DNA of 59,205 bases, filler included. It is 4 parts of 4 records of this genome, joined end to end, with 100 filler letters (N's around TTAATTAATTAA, not from the genome) between each part and the next. Parts side by side here need not be neighbours in the genome. Positions count along the whole stretch, not along the records: positions 1 to 9,544 come from DRR723986_8550; positions 9,645 to 17,273 come from DRR723986_8556; 2 more parts are not named here. One strand, written 5' to 3'. Below, one piece after another: positions 1 through 10,687 of the stretch. Position numbers and translations under genes: made by a program. How positions within the stretch are numbered: the first letter of the stretch is position 1; every line of letters starts with the position of its first letter. The notes beneath the pieces were generated by a model, which saw nothing but the letters and a program-made list of their open reading frames with translations, ran no database searches and was not told where the DNA came from.

Positions 1-138
1 CGGATCTGCGCTTCGCTTGTCCGGGGTGACGCCGTGGGGATGAGGATATCGCTCATATGCCAATCCCCTATCACAAGCGGAAAGAGAGCCAGGCGCCGAC
101 ATGTGTTTATGCCAAAAGCCGGTTTCCTTGCGAGAGGC

Positions 139-1146
139 TTAAAGCCCTGCCGTTTCCGATTTCAGCGGGCGTGCCATCAGGGTGTTGAGGGCGTCGTCGA
201 TGGTCAGGTCCTCGTCGATCATCCTGGCGACGGTCTCGCAGATAGGTACTTCGACATCGTATTTGCGGGCCAGCTTGACTGCGACGCGGGCGGAATAGGC
301 GCCTTCCGCGAGCTTGCCGCCTGCCGAAATCAGTTCGGAAGCCATGAAGCCTTCGCCGAGCCGCAGCCCGAAGGAAAAGTTGCGCGACTGGCTGGACGAA
401 CAGGTGAGCACAAGGTCTCCCAGACCGGAAAGGCCTGTCAGGGTTTCGCCCTGTGCGCCCATGGCTGTGCCGAGGCGAGACAGTTCGGCAAAGCCGCGTG
501 CTGTCAGCGCCGCCTGGGCACTGGCGCCGAGCTTGCGGCCGACCACGGCTCCGCAGGCGATCGCGAGCACATTCTTGAGGGCGCCGCCGATCTGTGCACC
601 GAGAATGTCGATCGAGGCATAGGGCCGGAAACAGGGCGATTGCATTGCTTCGCACAGGCTGAGCGCGGTCTTGGCCGAATTGGCGGCAACGGTGACGGCG
701 GTCGGCAGGCCCTTGGCGACGTCGTCGGCAAAGCTCGGGCCGGACAGGACGCCCGGTTCGACGCCGGGCAGTTCCTCGCTCATGACCTTGGACAAGAGTT
801 TGCCGGAGGATTGTTCGATGCCCTTGGCGCACAGCACGACAGGGCCGCGTACCTTGCCGGTCTGTTTGAGGGCAGCCAGCATCGCACGGGTTGTCTGGGC
901 GGGTGTTACCAGCAAGATGGCATCAGCGTCGGCAACCTCTTCCAGCGAAGATGTCGCTTCCAGTTCCTCGTCAAAGGTGATTCCCGGCAGATACCGCGGG
1001 TTCTGCCGACGGGACCTGATATCGGAGACCGTGCCGGGATCACGCGCCCAAAGGCGCACTTCCCGGCCGGCACGGGCCGCGGTCAGGGCCAGGGCCGTGC
1101 CCCAGGCGCCGCCGCCAACGACGCCGATAGACCTAATGGCGCCCAT
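139..1146 (-). CDS. gpsA: NAD(P)H-dependent glycerol-3-phosphate dehydrogenase
   Basis: GGGAWGTALA Rossmann motif, GGALKNVLAIACG, GLSGLGDLVLTC..SRN; start placed at ATG 1146 (MGAIRS). Confidence 0.95.
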   Translation of the reverse strand: MGAIRSIGVVGGGAWGTALALTAARAGREVRLWARDPGTVSDIRSRRQNPRYLPGITFDEELEATSSLEEVADADAILLVTPAQTTRAMLAALKQTGKVRGPVVLCAKGIEQSSGKLLSKVMSEELPGVEPGVLSGPSFADDVAKGLPTAVTVAANSAKTALSLCEAMQSPCFRPYASIDILGAQIGGALKNVLAIACGAVVGRKLGASAQAALTARGFAELSRLGTAMGAQGETLTGLSGLGDLVLTCSSSQSRNFSFGLRLGEGFMASELISAGGKLAEGAYSARVAVKLARKYDVEVPICETVARMIDEDLTIDDALNTLMARPLKSETAGL

Positions 1147-1609
1147 TGCTCTGCCTTTCCACGCGCGTCCGTAATGTTTCAAGTTGCGCTCCAAACCCTT
1201 CAAAAAAGCGGGCCTCGGTCGGCGCATCCATGGTGAACAGGTCAATCCAGAACAGACGGAACCTTATCGGGGGACCGCCTGCGTTCGGTGACATTTCGAA
1301 ATGTTCCCATTCTGTCGCGGGCTTTTCACGAATTCGGCCATGAAAATGCCGCCGGCGATGCAAGCCGTCGAGACAACGGGGAACATCTTTGAAGATATGG
1401 TCCTGGTCGGCGAACGATTCGAGCGCGATATCCAACGAAAGTCCGGTCTCCTCGGCAAATTCTCTCCTGGCAGCCTGCAGATAGCTTTCGCCGGGGTCGA
1501 CCGTGCCTCCGGGAACCTGGAGGCCGGCGTTCGGGAAATCGGGTTCCACAAACACGAGAAGCTCTGTTCCACAGGTCAGGTAGACATAGGCCTTTTGGTA
1601 GATCAGCAC
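1133..1609 (-). CDS. NUDIX hydrolase (paralog 2)
   Basis: Nudix box GGTVDPGESYLQAARREFAEETGL; GTG start. Confidence 0.88.
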   Translation of the reverse strand: MLIYQKAYVYLTCGTELLVFVEPDFPNAGLQVPGGTVDPGESYLQAARREFAEETGLSLDIALESFADQDHIFKDVPRCLDGLHRRRHFHGRIREKPATEWEHFEMSPNAGGPPIRFRLFWIDLFTMDAPTEARFFEGFGAQLETLRTRVERQSNGRH

Positions 1610-1635
1610 GGGCAGGTCCTTGAAAGAACTGTTGT

Positions 1636-2139
1636 TTATGCCGCGTTGGCGAGGCGTGTCACACGTTTGCGCAGGGCATCGAGGGGCGCGCCGAAGGCTG
1701 CGAAGAAGTTTTCCTCAACGCTTGCCCGTTCGCCAAAGAGGTCAACCCAGAAGAAACGATAGCGAATCGGTTCGCCGCCGCTGCTGGGATGCATTTCGTA
1801 ATGCTCCCACTCGCTCTTCGGCCGGGCACCAAGGCGGACATGGTAGTTGCGGCGGACGTGTCGGCCAAGCAGCGGACGGTTGGGTGCGGGCCGGTACTGG
1901 CCGACGGGAGGGATCGTTTCGAACGGGATATCCTGACTGGAAAAATGATCAAAGGCCACGTCCAGTTCGAGGCCGGTTTCCTCGGCAAATTCCCGCATGG
2001 CGCCATGCAGAAAGCTTTCGCCCGGATCGATGGTGCCACCCGGAACCTGCAGGCCCAGATGAGGCGTGTCCGGTTCGTCGAAGACCAGAAGGTCCGTGCC
2101 GCAGGTCAGGTAGACATAGGCCTTGTGGTAGACGCGCAT
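1636..2139 (-). CDS. NUDIX hydrolase (paralog 1)
   Basis: Nudix box GGTIDPGESFLHGAMREFAEETGL. Confidence 0.88.
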   Translation of the reverse strand: MRVYHKAYVYLTCGTDLLVFDEPDTPHLGLQVPGGTIDPGESFLHGAMREFAEETGLELDVAFDHFSSQDIPFETIPPVGQYRPAPNRPLLGRHVRRNYHVRLGARPKSEWEHYEMHPSSGGEPIRYRFFWVDLFGERASVEENFFAAFGAPLDALRKRVTRLANAA

Positions 2140-2242
2140 TTCTCAGAACAGTCCTTGTTGGAAGGCTGAAGTTTCCTAACAGGGTCTTTGGTCGCGCAAA
2201 AGGGGCGGTGGGAAATTGAGCGATGATTTACAGGTCCACACC

Positions 2243-3349
2243 CTAGACCTTGGCGCCCTTTTTACCCGCGCCGAGCACACCGGCATTGGCTGAATCCAGC
2301 GGCCAGCGAGGCCTGGGTGACAGACTCATGTCGTCCACGGGGCCAAGTCGAAGCCGCTCGATACCGGCCCAGGCGATCATTGCTGCATTGTCGGTGCAAA
2401 GGCGCATGGGCGGCGCGATGAAACGGGCGTCTGCCTCTTCTGCCGCAGCCAGAAGACTGTTGCGGATTTCCTGGTTCGCCGCGACACCGCCAGCCACAAC
2501 GATTGCCGGTTTGACACCCGGGTGGCGTGTCCGGAAGAGATCGAGTGCGGAGCGGGTGCGGGCTGCCAAAACGTCGGACACAGATCGCTGAAAGGCCGCG
2601 CAGAGGTCAGCAATCGTCTGTTCATCGACAGGTTCAAGCTTTTTCGCCTGGGTGCGAAGTGCCGTCTTCAGTCCGGCGAAGGACATGTCGAGACCCGGGC
2701 GATCCAGAAGCGTACGCGGCAGGCGGAAGCGGGTGACGTCGCCCTTGGCAGCCATTTTTTCTACATGCGGGCCGCCGGGATAGGGCAGGCCCAGCAGTTT
2801 GGCTGTCTTGTCGAAAGCTTCGCCAATGGCATCGTCGATGGTCGTGCCGAGACGTTCATAGTACCCGACGCCGCGCACCAGCAGGAACTGGCTGTGGCCG
2901 CCGGAGACGAGCAGCAGGAGGAACGGAAACTCGAGATCGTCGGTCAGGCGCGCGGTCAGGGCGTGGCCTTCCAGATGATTGACGCCGACGATCGGCTTGC
3001 CCGCTGCCATGGCGATGGCCTTGGCGGTCATGAAGCCGACGATGACACCGCCGATGAGGCCGGGACCGGCAGTTGCGGCAATCGCGTCGATATCGTCCCA
3101 GCCGCAACCGGCCTCGTTCATGGCTTCGGCAACGATCCGGTCGAGGATCTCGATGTGGGCACGGGCGGCAATTTCCGGCACCACGCCACCGAATTCTGTA
3201 TGCTCGTCGATCTGCGAACGGATCGTATTGGAGAGGATCTGCTTGTGCGCAGGGCCGCACACCACCGCTGCTGCGGTTTCGTCGCAGCTGGTTTCAATGC
3301 CCAGGACCGTCAGATTGGTCGCATTGTCATCTGTTTTGACTGAGGTCAT
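2243..3349 (-). CDS. tsaD: tRNA N6-adenosine threonylcarbamoyltransferase
   Basis: [43 protein letters not shown] motifs. Confidence 0.97.
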   Translation of the reverse strand: MTSVKTDDNATNLTVLGIETSCDETAAAVVCGPAHKQILSNTIRSQIDEHTEFGGVVPEIAARAHIEILDRIVAEAMNEAGCGWDDIDAIAATAGPGLIGGVIVGFMTAKAIAMAAGKPIVGVNHLEGHALTARLTDDLEFPFLLLLVSGGHSQFLLVRGVGYYERLGTTIDDAIGEAFDKTAKLLGLPYPGGPHVEKMAAKGDVTRFRLPRTLLDRPGLDMSFAGLKTALRTQAKKLEPVDEQTIADLCAAFQRSVSDVLAARTRSALDLFRTRHPGVKPAIVVAGGVAANQEIRNSLLAAAEEADARFIAPPMRLCTDNAAMIAWAGIERLRLGPVDDMSLSPRPRWPLDSANAGVLGAGKKGAKV

Positions 3350-3442
3350 TGGTCTAAGTGCGGTGGCCTGTGTTAGGACATCCGAAAAGACATAAATCGG
3401 TGCCCGTCATTTCTGCCGGGCGTAGCATCTGGACGGTAAACC

Positions 3443-4369
3443 TTGCAATCAAATCCTTTGCGTATCGGAACAAGGGGCAGCGCGCTGGCGCTGGCACAGG
3501 CCCACGAAACCCGCGACCGGCTGATGGCGGCCCATGATCTGGCCGAAGACGCGTTCGAGATCGTGGTCATCAAGACCTCCGGCGACAGGATCCAGGACAG
3601 GCCGCTGTCGGAAGTCGGTGGCAAGGGGCTGTTCACGAAGGAAATCGAGGAAGCGCTTCTGGACGGGCGGATCGATCTTGCCGTTCATTCGTCCAAGGAC
3701 ATGCCGACGGTCCTGCCGGATGGTCTGGCTTTGACGGCCTTCCTGCCGCGGGAAGATGTGCGCGATGCGTTCCTGTCGCCCAAGGCAAAGACCCTGACCG
3801 ATCTGCCGCAGGGCGCCGTCGTCGGGTCCAGTTCGCTGCGCCGGCAGGCGATGATCAAACGGCTGCGCCCGGATATCGAAGTGGTGATGTACCGCGGCAA
3901 CCTGCAGACACGCCTGCGTAAGCTGGCAGAGGGCGAGGTGGACGCAACACTTCTGGCGGCGGCCGGTCTGCGCCGGTTGGGCCTGGAAGCGGAAATCACC
4001 AGCTTTCTGGAAACCGACCAGTTTCTGCCGGCTGTCGGCCAAGGTGCGATCTGCATCGAAAGCCGGGCAGACGACAAGGTTACCCTTGAAATGCTGGCGG
4101 CAATTCACGACGCGGCAACGCAGATCCGCCTTAATGCGGAGCGCGCCTTCCTTGCTGTTCTGGACGGATCTTGCCGCACGCCCATCGGCGGCCTGGCAAC
4201 ACTCGAAGGCGATACGATGCACTTCCGAGGGATTGTGCTGAAGCCGGATGGATCAGCCGCGCATGAAGCATCGGGCAGTGGGCCTGCGGCAGAGGCCGCG
4301 CGGATTGGCCGGTCTGTCGGGGAAGATCTGAAAACCCGGATGGGGCCGGACTTTCTGGCAGGAGCCTGA
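3443..4369 (+). CDS. hemC: hydroxymethylbilane synthase (porphobilinogen deaminase)
   Basis: [41 protein letters not shown] start. Confidence 0.97.
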   Translation: MQSNPLRIGTRGSALALAQAHETRDRLMAAHDLAEDAFEIVVIKTSGDRIQDRPLSEVGGKGLFTKEIEEALLDGRIDLAVHSSKDMPTVLPDGLALTAFLPREDVRDAFLSPKAKTLTDLPQGAVVGSSSLRRQAMIKRLRPDIEVVMYRGNLQTRLRKLAEGEVDATLLAAAGLRRLGLEAEITSFLETDQFLPAVGQGAICIESRADDKVTLEMLAAIHDAATQIRLNAERAFLAVLDGSCRTPIGGLATLEGDTMHFRGIVLKPDGSAAHEASGSGPAAEAARIGRSVGEDLKTRMGPDFLAGA

Positions 4370-4376
4370 CCCGGTC

Positions 4377-5093
4377 ATGCGCTTTCTGGTGACACGCCCC
4401 CAGCCGGATTGCCGGCGGACCGCTGAAAAACTGCGGGCGTTGGGGCATGTTGCCGATGAAGCTCCCGTTCTGAAAACCGTTGAGGTGCGGTCGGCACAAT
4501 TCGGGCCGGATGGCGTGTCGGCGGTGGCGTTTTCAAGCCGGCGGTCGGTCGCCGTCCTGTCGGCACAGGGCCGGATCGATGCCTTGCGGAGCTTGTCGGT
4601 TTTCACGGTGGGCGACGCGACCGCACTCGCCTGCCGGGAAGCGGGCTTTTCAAATGTACTTTCGGCCAGCGGTGATATCGCTGCGCTGGCTCAGCTGATT
4701 CTCGATAATCGGAGCGGATTGTCCTCAGGGGCCGTCCTTTATCCTGCTGCCGAGGATCGGGCGGGGGATCTGGAGGGACTTCTCGCCGCAGGGGGCATTT
4801 CCTGTCGCACCGTCGTGCTTTACCGCATGGAGCCGGCGGAAAGCCTGCCTTCTGCCGTGGTTGACGGCCTTCGCCAGAATGCCTTTGATGGTGTCTTCAT
4901 TTATTCCAAACGCACGGCTGAAGCTTTTCTGGCGCTGGTTCGCAGGCACGGTCTCGACCATATTTTTTCCAGGTTGCCTGTCTATGCCCTTTCGCGGCAG
5001 TCGGCCGAGCCCCTATTTGAGGTAAGCCAGGTGCGTATTGCAGCTGCGCCGAACGAAAGCGCCTTGATGGATCTGGCTTTAACACAGTGTTAA
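4377..5093 (+). CDS. hemD: uroporphyrinogen-III synthase
   Basis: LVTRP N-terminus, VGDATA, YSKRTA; directly after hemC. Confidence 0.9.
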   Translation: MRFLVTRPQPDCRRTAEKLRALGHVADEAPVLKTVEVRSAQFGPDGVSAVAFSSRRSVAVLSAQGRIDALRSLSVFTVGDATALACREAGFSNVLSASGDIAALAQLILDNRSGLSSGAVLYPAAEDRAGDLEGLLAAGGISCRTVVLYRMEPAESLPSAVVDGLRQNAFDGVFIYSKRTAEAFLALVRRHGLDHIFSRLPVYALSRQSAEPLFEVSQVRIAAAPNESALMDLALTQC

Positions 5094-5213
5094 CCAGATC
5101 CGGGGGAGTCGTTCTTTTGCAGCGCGCAAAAGTCTTTGCTGCGGCGGTACCGCTTCGCAAAGAGGTGTGTATAGTGAAGGTCTTGGGACCGGCAGGGTTC
5201 AGGAGGAGATGAG

Positions 5214-7178
5214 ATGACGACGGACAAGAAATCCCCGGGCGGGACATCTTCATCGGGCGGCAGCGGCACCGGCGGCAAGGACAAGCCGGGCAGCAGCACT
5301 GCGTCTTCCTCCGGCAGCAGCAAGCGGCCGGTAACGATCGATCTGACCGCAGAGAAGGTCGGTGCCAAGCCGACAGACACGAAGCCAGCCTCTGGTTCGA
5401 GCTCAACGACGAGCGCCACGACGGGGTCTGGCGGCACGGCTGCGGGTGCAACCAAGACAGGCGGTATCGGCAGCACGACTGCGTCCGGCAGCTCAACGTC
5501 AGCCGGAAATACAACGTCATCCGGCAGCACCGGCAGTTCGGGCAGCACATCGTCGCCCTCTTCGTCTGCATCGACCTCGTCCTCGACCGGATCAGGCTAT
5601 TCTTCTTCGTCGTCTACCACTGCCGGGTCTTCCACAGCCGGAAAGCCCACAGGAGCCAGCGCAACCGGGTCGTCATCTGCGACCGGCAAACCGGCGTCTC
5701 CGGCAAGCTCATCGACGTCTGCCACCAGCCAGCCTGGAACTTCCTCGACAAGCAGCAGCTCCCGTCCAGGGGGATCAACCAGCTTTTCCAATCCGCCAGC
5801 CGCTGAAGACCGCGGCGGTGTCGGGGCATTCGGTGTTCTGATTGCGGCCGTTATCGGCGGTATCCTGGTGCTTGGCGGCGGCTTCGGCCTTTACCAGGCC
5901 GGGCTCGTCAAACTGTCGCCCGAGCCGAACCAGCAGCTCACCAGCGCGCTCAGTGCCGCCGAACGCAAGATCTCCGATCTGGAGAAAAAACTCGGCGACG
6001 TGACGTCTTCGGTCTCCAGCCAGGGCAGCTCCGGTGCTGTTTCTGCTCTGGAAAGCAAAGTCAGCGCGCTTGAAGCCAAACTGCAGGATGCATCGTCGTC
6101 CGATCTGAGCGCCGCGGTCGATGCCCTGAAGCAGGATGTCGAAGGACTGCGCAGCACCGTCGCTTCGGCAGGTGCCGGCACCGGCGAAGGAACCCCAGCC
6201 AATCTCCAGCCGCTTGAAAGCCGTCTGGCCGCGCTGGAAGAGGAAGTGAAGGGCGATAGTCAGGTGGATCTGGCGCCGCTTGAAAGCCGCCTGGCCAAGC
6301 TGGAAACCGACACCACATCGACCTCTTCCGAAGCCGACAAGCTTTCCGGTTCCGTAACCGGGCTCGAGGGCCAGCTTTCGGACCTGAAGACGACCCTTTC
6401 CGAGGTGGAAACCAGACTTTCCAATACCGAAGCGACCGCGAAGGCAGCACAGACAGCCGTATCGACGTCGGACGTTTCCCTGAAGACCCTTGCCGACAGC
6501 CAGGCACGGGCAACCGAGACCCTGTCTTCGCTGGCTGCCGACATCAAGTCTGTCGGCGCGGCCAACACGGCGGCGCTGGAAGGTTTGCGCTCTGAACTGG
6601 ACGCGCTTTCAACGCGCCTTGCCGCGGTTGAGGCAACGATGGGCGATGCGACGGCGCGTGAAGTTGCTGCCAGGGCACTGTCCGTTTCCGCGTTGAAGTC
6701 GGCCGTTGATTCCGGCCGCCCTTATGAAACCGAGCTGGCCGCCGTCAAGGCGGGACTGCCGGGCGGGCTCGACCTGTCTGCACTGGAGGCCAACGCCAAG
6801 ACCGGTGTCGAGCCGGTGCCCGTGCTGATCGCCCAGTTCCCGCCAGTTGCGCGCTCTGTCTACCAGACGTTTTCCGAACCGGACCGGTCCGGTGATGTGC
6901 TCGACAGCCTGATGACCAGTGCACAGTCGCTGTTCACCGTTCGCCGTTCGGGCTCAGGTGAAGGCGACGGGCCGGCCGCTGCCCTGCAGCGCATGGAAAA
7001 CGCCGTCCGGAAGGGAGACCTCAAGTCGGCACTTGCCGCCTACAAGGATCTGCCGGAACAGGGACAGGCTGCTGCTGCCGACTGGGCAACGCGCGCCGAA
7101 GCCCGCGTCGAGGTTGATGACCTGACGGACAAGGCCTCGCAGGAAGTGCTCAACGCGCTTGCTGCGAAGGATAGCTGA
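5214..7178 (+). CDS. COG4223 / mitofilin-domain (alphaproteobacterial Mic60-like) membrane protein
   Basis: KRPVTIDLTAE motif, Ser/Thr/Gly-rich N-terminus, one TM helix, coiled coil, C-terminal SGRPYETEL...GDLKSAL...W motif; hemC-hemD-X-hemY context. Confidence 0.8.
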   Translation: MTTDKKSPGGTSSSGGSGTGGKDKPGSSTASSSGSSKRPVTIDLTAEKVGAKPTDTKPASGSSSTTSATTGSGGTAAGATKTGGIGSTTASGSSTSAGNTTSSGSTGSSGSTSSPSSSASTSSSTGSGYSSSSSTTAGSSTAGKPTGASATGSSSATGKPASPASSSTSATSQPGTSSTSSSSRPGGSTSFSNPPAAEDRGGVGAFGVLIAAVIGGILVLGGGFGLYQAGLVKLSPEPNQQLTSALSAAERKISDLEKKLGDVTSSVSSQGSSGAVSALESKVSALEAKLQDASSSDLSAAVDALKQDVEGLRSTVASAGAGTGEGTPANLQPLESRLAALEEEVKGDSQVDLAPLESRLAKLETDTTSTSSEADKLSGSVTGLEGQLSDLKTTLSEVETRLSNTEATAKAAQTAVSTSDVSLKTLADSQARATETLSSLAADIKSVGAANTAALEGLRSELDALSTRLAAVEATMGDATAREVAARALSVSALKSAVDSGRPYETELAAVKAGLPGGLDLSALEANAKTGVEPVPVLIAQFPPVARSVYQTFSEPDRSGDVLDSLMTSAQSLFTVRRSGSGEGDGPAAALQRMENAVRKGDLKSALAAYKDLPEQGQAAAADWATRAEARVEVDDLTDKASQEVLNALAAKDS

Positions 7179-7255
7179 ATGCAGGCCGGCCACTCGCCCG
7201 CCCGTCAATGGAACTATGTGCCGGCAGGAGCCGGCCGTCGCAGGGAGCGAACTGA

Positions 7256-9298
7256 ATGATCCGCGTTCTGTTCTTTTTCGCGCTGTTGTTTGCCGTTGCC
7301 ATGGGCTTTGCCTGGATGGCGGACCTGCCGGGAACGATCCAGATTTCCTGGCCGGTTTATGAAGGCGGCCAGCAGGTCGGGACGGACATCTGGGAGCAGT
7401 CGCCTGCGATTGTTGCCCTTGCCGCAGCCATTTTCCTGGCGATCTTCCTGGCGATTGTCTGGGTGATCCGCGTCGTCCTGAAATCACCGCAGATTGCCAG
7501 CCGCTTCTTTCGGCGCCGCCGGAAAGACAAGGGCTACAATGCGCTGTCGCAGGGCTTGATCGCTCTGGGCACGGGCAACGCCAAATTGGCGCGCCGCTAC
7601 GCGCTGGACGCCGACAAGCTGCTGGATGATGAGCCCGCGGCAAAGCTGCTGCTTGCACAGACGGCCCAGCTTGCCGGCAAGGACGACGAAGCGCGTCAGC
7701 GTTTCGAGGCGATGCTGGAAGATCCGGCCACCAAGGCGCTTGGTCTGCACGGCCTCTTCATCGAGGCCGAGCGACACAGGGAGCCGGTGGCAGCACGCCA
7801 TTATGCGGAGGAAGCCGCCAAGACATCGCCGGGTCTGGAGTGGGCCGGCAAGGCCGTGCTCGGCTACCAGGCGGTTGCCCACCATTGGGACGAAGCGCTC
7901 AAGACCCTGGAGCGCAACTACGCCGCAAAGATGCTGGACAAGAAAACCTATCGGCGTCAGCGCGCCGTCATCCTGACGGCCCTTGCGACAAAGCTGGAGG
8001 ACGGCGAGCCGGAACGGGCCTATTCGCTGGCCAAGGAAGCTCATGGGCTGGCACTCGACCTTGTACCGGCCGCCGTGCTGACGTCTCGTCTGGCAACGCG
8101 CCGGGGCGACATCCGCAAGGCCTCCAAAGTGTTGGAAGCGACCTGGCGTTTGTTTCCGCATCCGGAGTTGGCTGAAACCTATGCCCATGTGCGTACCGGC
8201 GATTCGGCTGTCGATCGTTTGAAGCGGGTGAAATCGCTTTCCGCACAACGGGCAAACACTCCCGAAGGTGCGCTGGCCATCGCCCGCGCAGCCATGGAGG
8301 CGCGCGAGTTCGAAGAAGCGCGCAAGCAGCTGAAAAAGGTCCTGCAGTCCGAACCTACCCGTCAGGCGTTTCTGCTGATGGCGGAAGTGGAGGAAGCCGA
8401 ACACGGTGACCGGGGCCGCACACGCGACTGGCTGGCCCGTGCCGTCAGTGCGCCGCTCGACAAGGTCTGGATGGCCGACGGCATCATTTCCGCCGAATGG
8501 CAGCCGGTATCACCGGTCACCGGCAAGCTCGATGCGTTCCAGTGGGCAACGCCGGGCAGTCTCTCGGACGAGGACGGTCCGCTGCTTGAGGACAGCCTGT
8601 TCGAGGCGCCGGCCCTGCCGTCCGCCACTCCAGCCGAGCCGGTTCGGCCGGTTGCAGATGTGGATGACGGCGCCGTGGTGCTGGAAGCCGAACCCGTCAC
8701 CAGGCCTGCCACTGCCAAGCCTGCGGGACCCGAGACGGGTGACGCCAAATCCGGCAGCGCCAAGTCAGCCGCCGCGGAACCTTCCGCTGCCTCTGTACCA
8801 CTGGAAAAGCAGGGCTACGAAGGGACGACGGACGATGTCAAATACAGCCCTGCGCTGAAGGACCTGCCCGACGCCGAAGCTACCAAGGCACCTTCGGACA
8901 AGGCTGCGACCGTTGAGAAGATGGCAGCCAAGGAAACCGCGGCAAAAGCCGAAGCCGGGGCAGACGACAAACCTGCCGTGGTGACAGGCAAAGACGCCGG
9001 GACACCGAATGCTGGTGCGACCGGCAAGGCCGACACCCGGAACGGTTCCGAGACGCCTTCCAAGCCAGAGGCAACATCTGAGGCCAAGGTTGAGGAAACC
9101 TCGAAATCGGCGGATGCAAAGCCATCGGCAGCCAAAGCCGGGGAGGCCAAGACAGGCGAAGCAAAATCCGGAAGTTCCAAAGAGGATCTCAACCGGCCAA
9201 TCGAATTTCCCCTGTCGCGAATGCCGGACGATCCGGGCCCGGATGAGGACGACGAGGACGAGACCGCCAAGACGCCACGGCCGCGCTTTTTCAACTGA
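7256..9298 (+). CDS. hemY: HemY-like membrane/TPR protein
   Basis: two N-terminal TM helices, TPR-like helices, W.ADG...W.PVSPVTG.LDAF.W motif, acidic PDDPGP tail. Confidence 0.85.
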   Translation: MIRVLFFFALLFAVAMGFAWMADLPGTIQISWPVYEGGQQVGTDIWEQSPAIVALAAAIFLAIFLAIVWVIRVVLKSPQIASRFFRRRRKDKGYNALSQGLIALGTGNAKLARRYALDADKLLDDEPAAKLLLAQTAQLAGKDDEARQRFEAMLEDPATKALGLHGLFIEAERHREPVAARHYAEEAAKTSPGLEWAGKAVLGYQAVAHHWDEALKTLERNYAAKMLDKKTYRRQRAVILTALATKLEDGEPERAYSLAKEAHGLALDLVPAAVLTSRLATRRGDIRKASKVLEATWRLFPHPELAETYAHVRTGDSAVDRLKRVKSLSAQRANTPEGALAIARAAMEAREFEEARKQLKKVLQSEPTRQAFLLMAEVEEAEHGDRGRTRDWLARAVSAPLDKVWMADGIISAEWQPVSPVTGKLDAFQWATPGSLSDEDGPLLEDSLFEAPALPSATPAEPVRPVADVDDGAVVLEAEPVTRPATAKPAGPETGDAKSGSAKSAAAEPSAASVPLEKQGYEGTTDDVKYSPALKDLPDAEATKAPSDKAATVEKMAAKETAAKAEAGADDKPAVVTGKDAGTPNAGATGKADTRNGSETPSKPEATSEAKVEETSKSADAKPSAAKAGEAKTGEAKSGSSKEDLNRPIEFPLSRMPDDPGPDEDDEDETAKTPRPRFFN

Positions 9299-9498
9299 AG
9301 CGCTGCAGCGGCGATAGTCGGAATGTGCTGACGAGCATGTGTTTGCCTGGCTTCCGGAAAAGGGAAGATGTGATCTTCCTGAAAGAACCGGTTTTAGGCT
9401 CTTGCATCTGACGCCAAGCTCCGGTAATTAGCGGCGCACTCGGGCTTGACCTGAGTGTCCGCGCCAAATCGCGCGATGCCCGGCATCTGCCGGAGAAC

Positions 9499-9544
9499 GC
9501 CGCTGTAGCTCAGATGGTAGAGCACGTCATTCGTAATGATGGGG
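9499..9544 (+). tRNA. tRNA-Thr(CGT), 3' half truncated by contig end
   Basis: GCCGCTGTAGCTCAGATGGTAGAGCA D-arm, anticodon loop TTCGTAA. Confidence 0.85.
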
Positions 9545-9644
9545 NNNNNNNNNNNNNNNNNNNNNNNNNNNNNNNNNNNNNNNNNNNNTTAATTAATTAA
9601 NNNNNNNNNNNNNNNNNNNNNNNNNNNNNNNNNNNNNNNNNNNN
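9545..9644. other. artificial contig linker
   Basis: N run with central TTAATTAATTAA six-frame stop. Confidence 0.99.
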
Positions 9645-10664
9645 TGCATGGGCGACATTGGAACGATCACTCGCATTATGGCCATACCCAATGGAGCGCC
9701 ATTTACGTACACAACATTGAGCAGCGAACGAAAGATTGCTCCTGGACAGGTAACGTTCGAGGCGATGAAGGAGATGTATCGCCCCGGTGAGATTGACAGT
9801 GAGACTCGATTCTTTGGAGTGGTCGCCGATCCCGTTGCACACTCTTTGAGCCCACACATCCACAATGCGGCCTTTCAAAACGAGGGGCTCAATTGCCGGT
9901 ACTTTCCGTTTCGAATCCCAGAAGAAGACCTTAGCCTATTCGTGACTTGGTGTCGCGAAACGGGTGTCGGTGGACTGAGCGTGACTATTCCGCACAAGGA
10001 AAGCATGCTGGATCTGATGAACCAGGCCGAATCCGCAGTCACTGGAATTGGGGCATTAAACACCGTTTCCATCAACTCCGGCGAAACAACAGGTTACAAC
10101 ACAGATTACCGCGCCGCAATGGATTGCCTAACCGAGGCGCTGCAAACTCAGCAGCGAATCCTCAAGGCAGATGAAACCAAGCCGGATGAAATATTCAAAG
10201 GAAGAAGCGCGGTTATCCTCGGGGCTGGAGGTGTTGCCAGGGCGATCGCATACGGCCTTCGTCAGCGTGGTGCGTTGGTTACTATTGCGAGTCGGACCGA
10301 AGAGCGAGCAAAACAACTTGCAAAAGATGTCGGTGGTCGGGCGGTTGCCTGGACTCACCGTTACGACAGCCGACCGGGCATCCTGATCAACTGCTCGCCC
10401 GTCGGCATGCACCCTGATGTAAACAGCACACCGTACGACAAAGCCCGCCTCAATGAACAGACCATCGTTTTTGACACCGTCTATAACCCAGAGAATACGC
10501 TGTTGGTCAAAGAAGCCAAGAGCGTTGGGTGCTTAGTGGTCAATGGTCTAGACATGTTTGTACGGCAAGCGGCCTATCAGTACAAACTCTTTACCGGTCA
10601 TGAACCGCCGATAAAGGTTATGCGCGACACGGTCAAGAGAATCACCAGTCCAACGAAGTTCTGA
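9645..10664 (+). CDS. aroE: bifunctional type I 3-dehydroquinase/shikimate dehydrogenase, 5' truncated
   Basis: DHQase C-terminal motif (CMG..G.ITR...APGQ) fused to PVAHSLSPHIHN, SVTIPHK, NTD, GAGGVARA. Confidence 0.88.
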   Translation, partial: CMGDIGTITRIMAIPNGAPFTYTTLSSERKIAPGQVTFEAMKEMYRPGEIDSETRFFGVVADPVAHSLSPHIHNAAFQNEGLNCRYFPFRIPEEDLSLFVTWCRETGVGGLSVTIPHKESMLDLMNQAESAVTGIGALNTVSINSGETTGYNTDYRAAMDCLTEALQTQQRILKADETKPDEIFKGRSAVILGAGGVARAIAYGLRQRGALVTIASRTEERAKQLAKDVGGRAVAWTHRYDSRPGILINCSPVGMHPDVNSTPYDKARLNEQTIVFDTVYNPENTLLVKEAKSVGCLVVNGLDMFVRQAAYQYKLFTGHEPPIKVMRDTVKRITSPTKF

Positions 10665-10687
10665 TGCCGTAGACTCGTAGCAGTGGT

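Noticed and set aside
1-56. Start of a minus-strand ORF (MSDILIPTASPRTSEAQI) downstream of gpsA
   Set aside because: Only 18 codons visible; cannot be assigned
34-1236. 400-aa + strand ORF and other long antisense ORFs in the GC-rich contig
   Set aside because: Shadow frames of gpsA, tsaD, hemC and hemY caused by high GC; no recognisable motifs
9588-9600. TTAATTAATTAA palindrome, repeated at all three gaps
   Set aside because: Artificial six-frame stop linker
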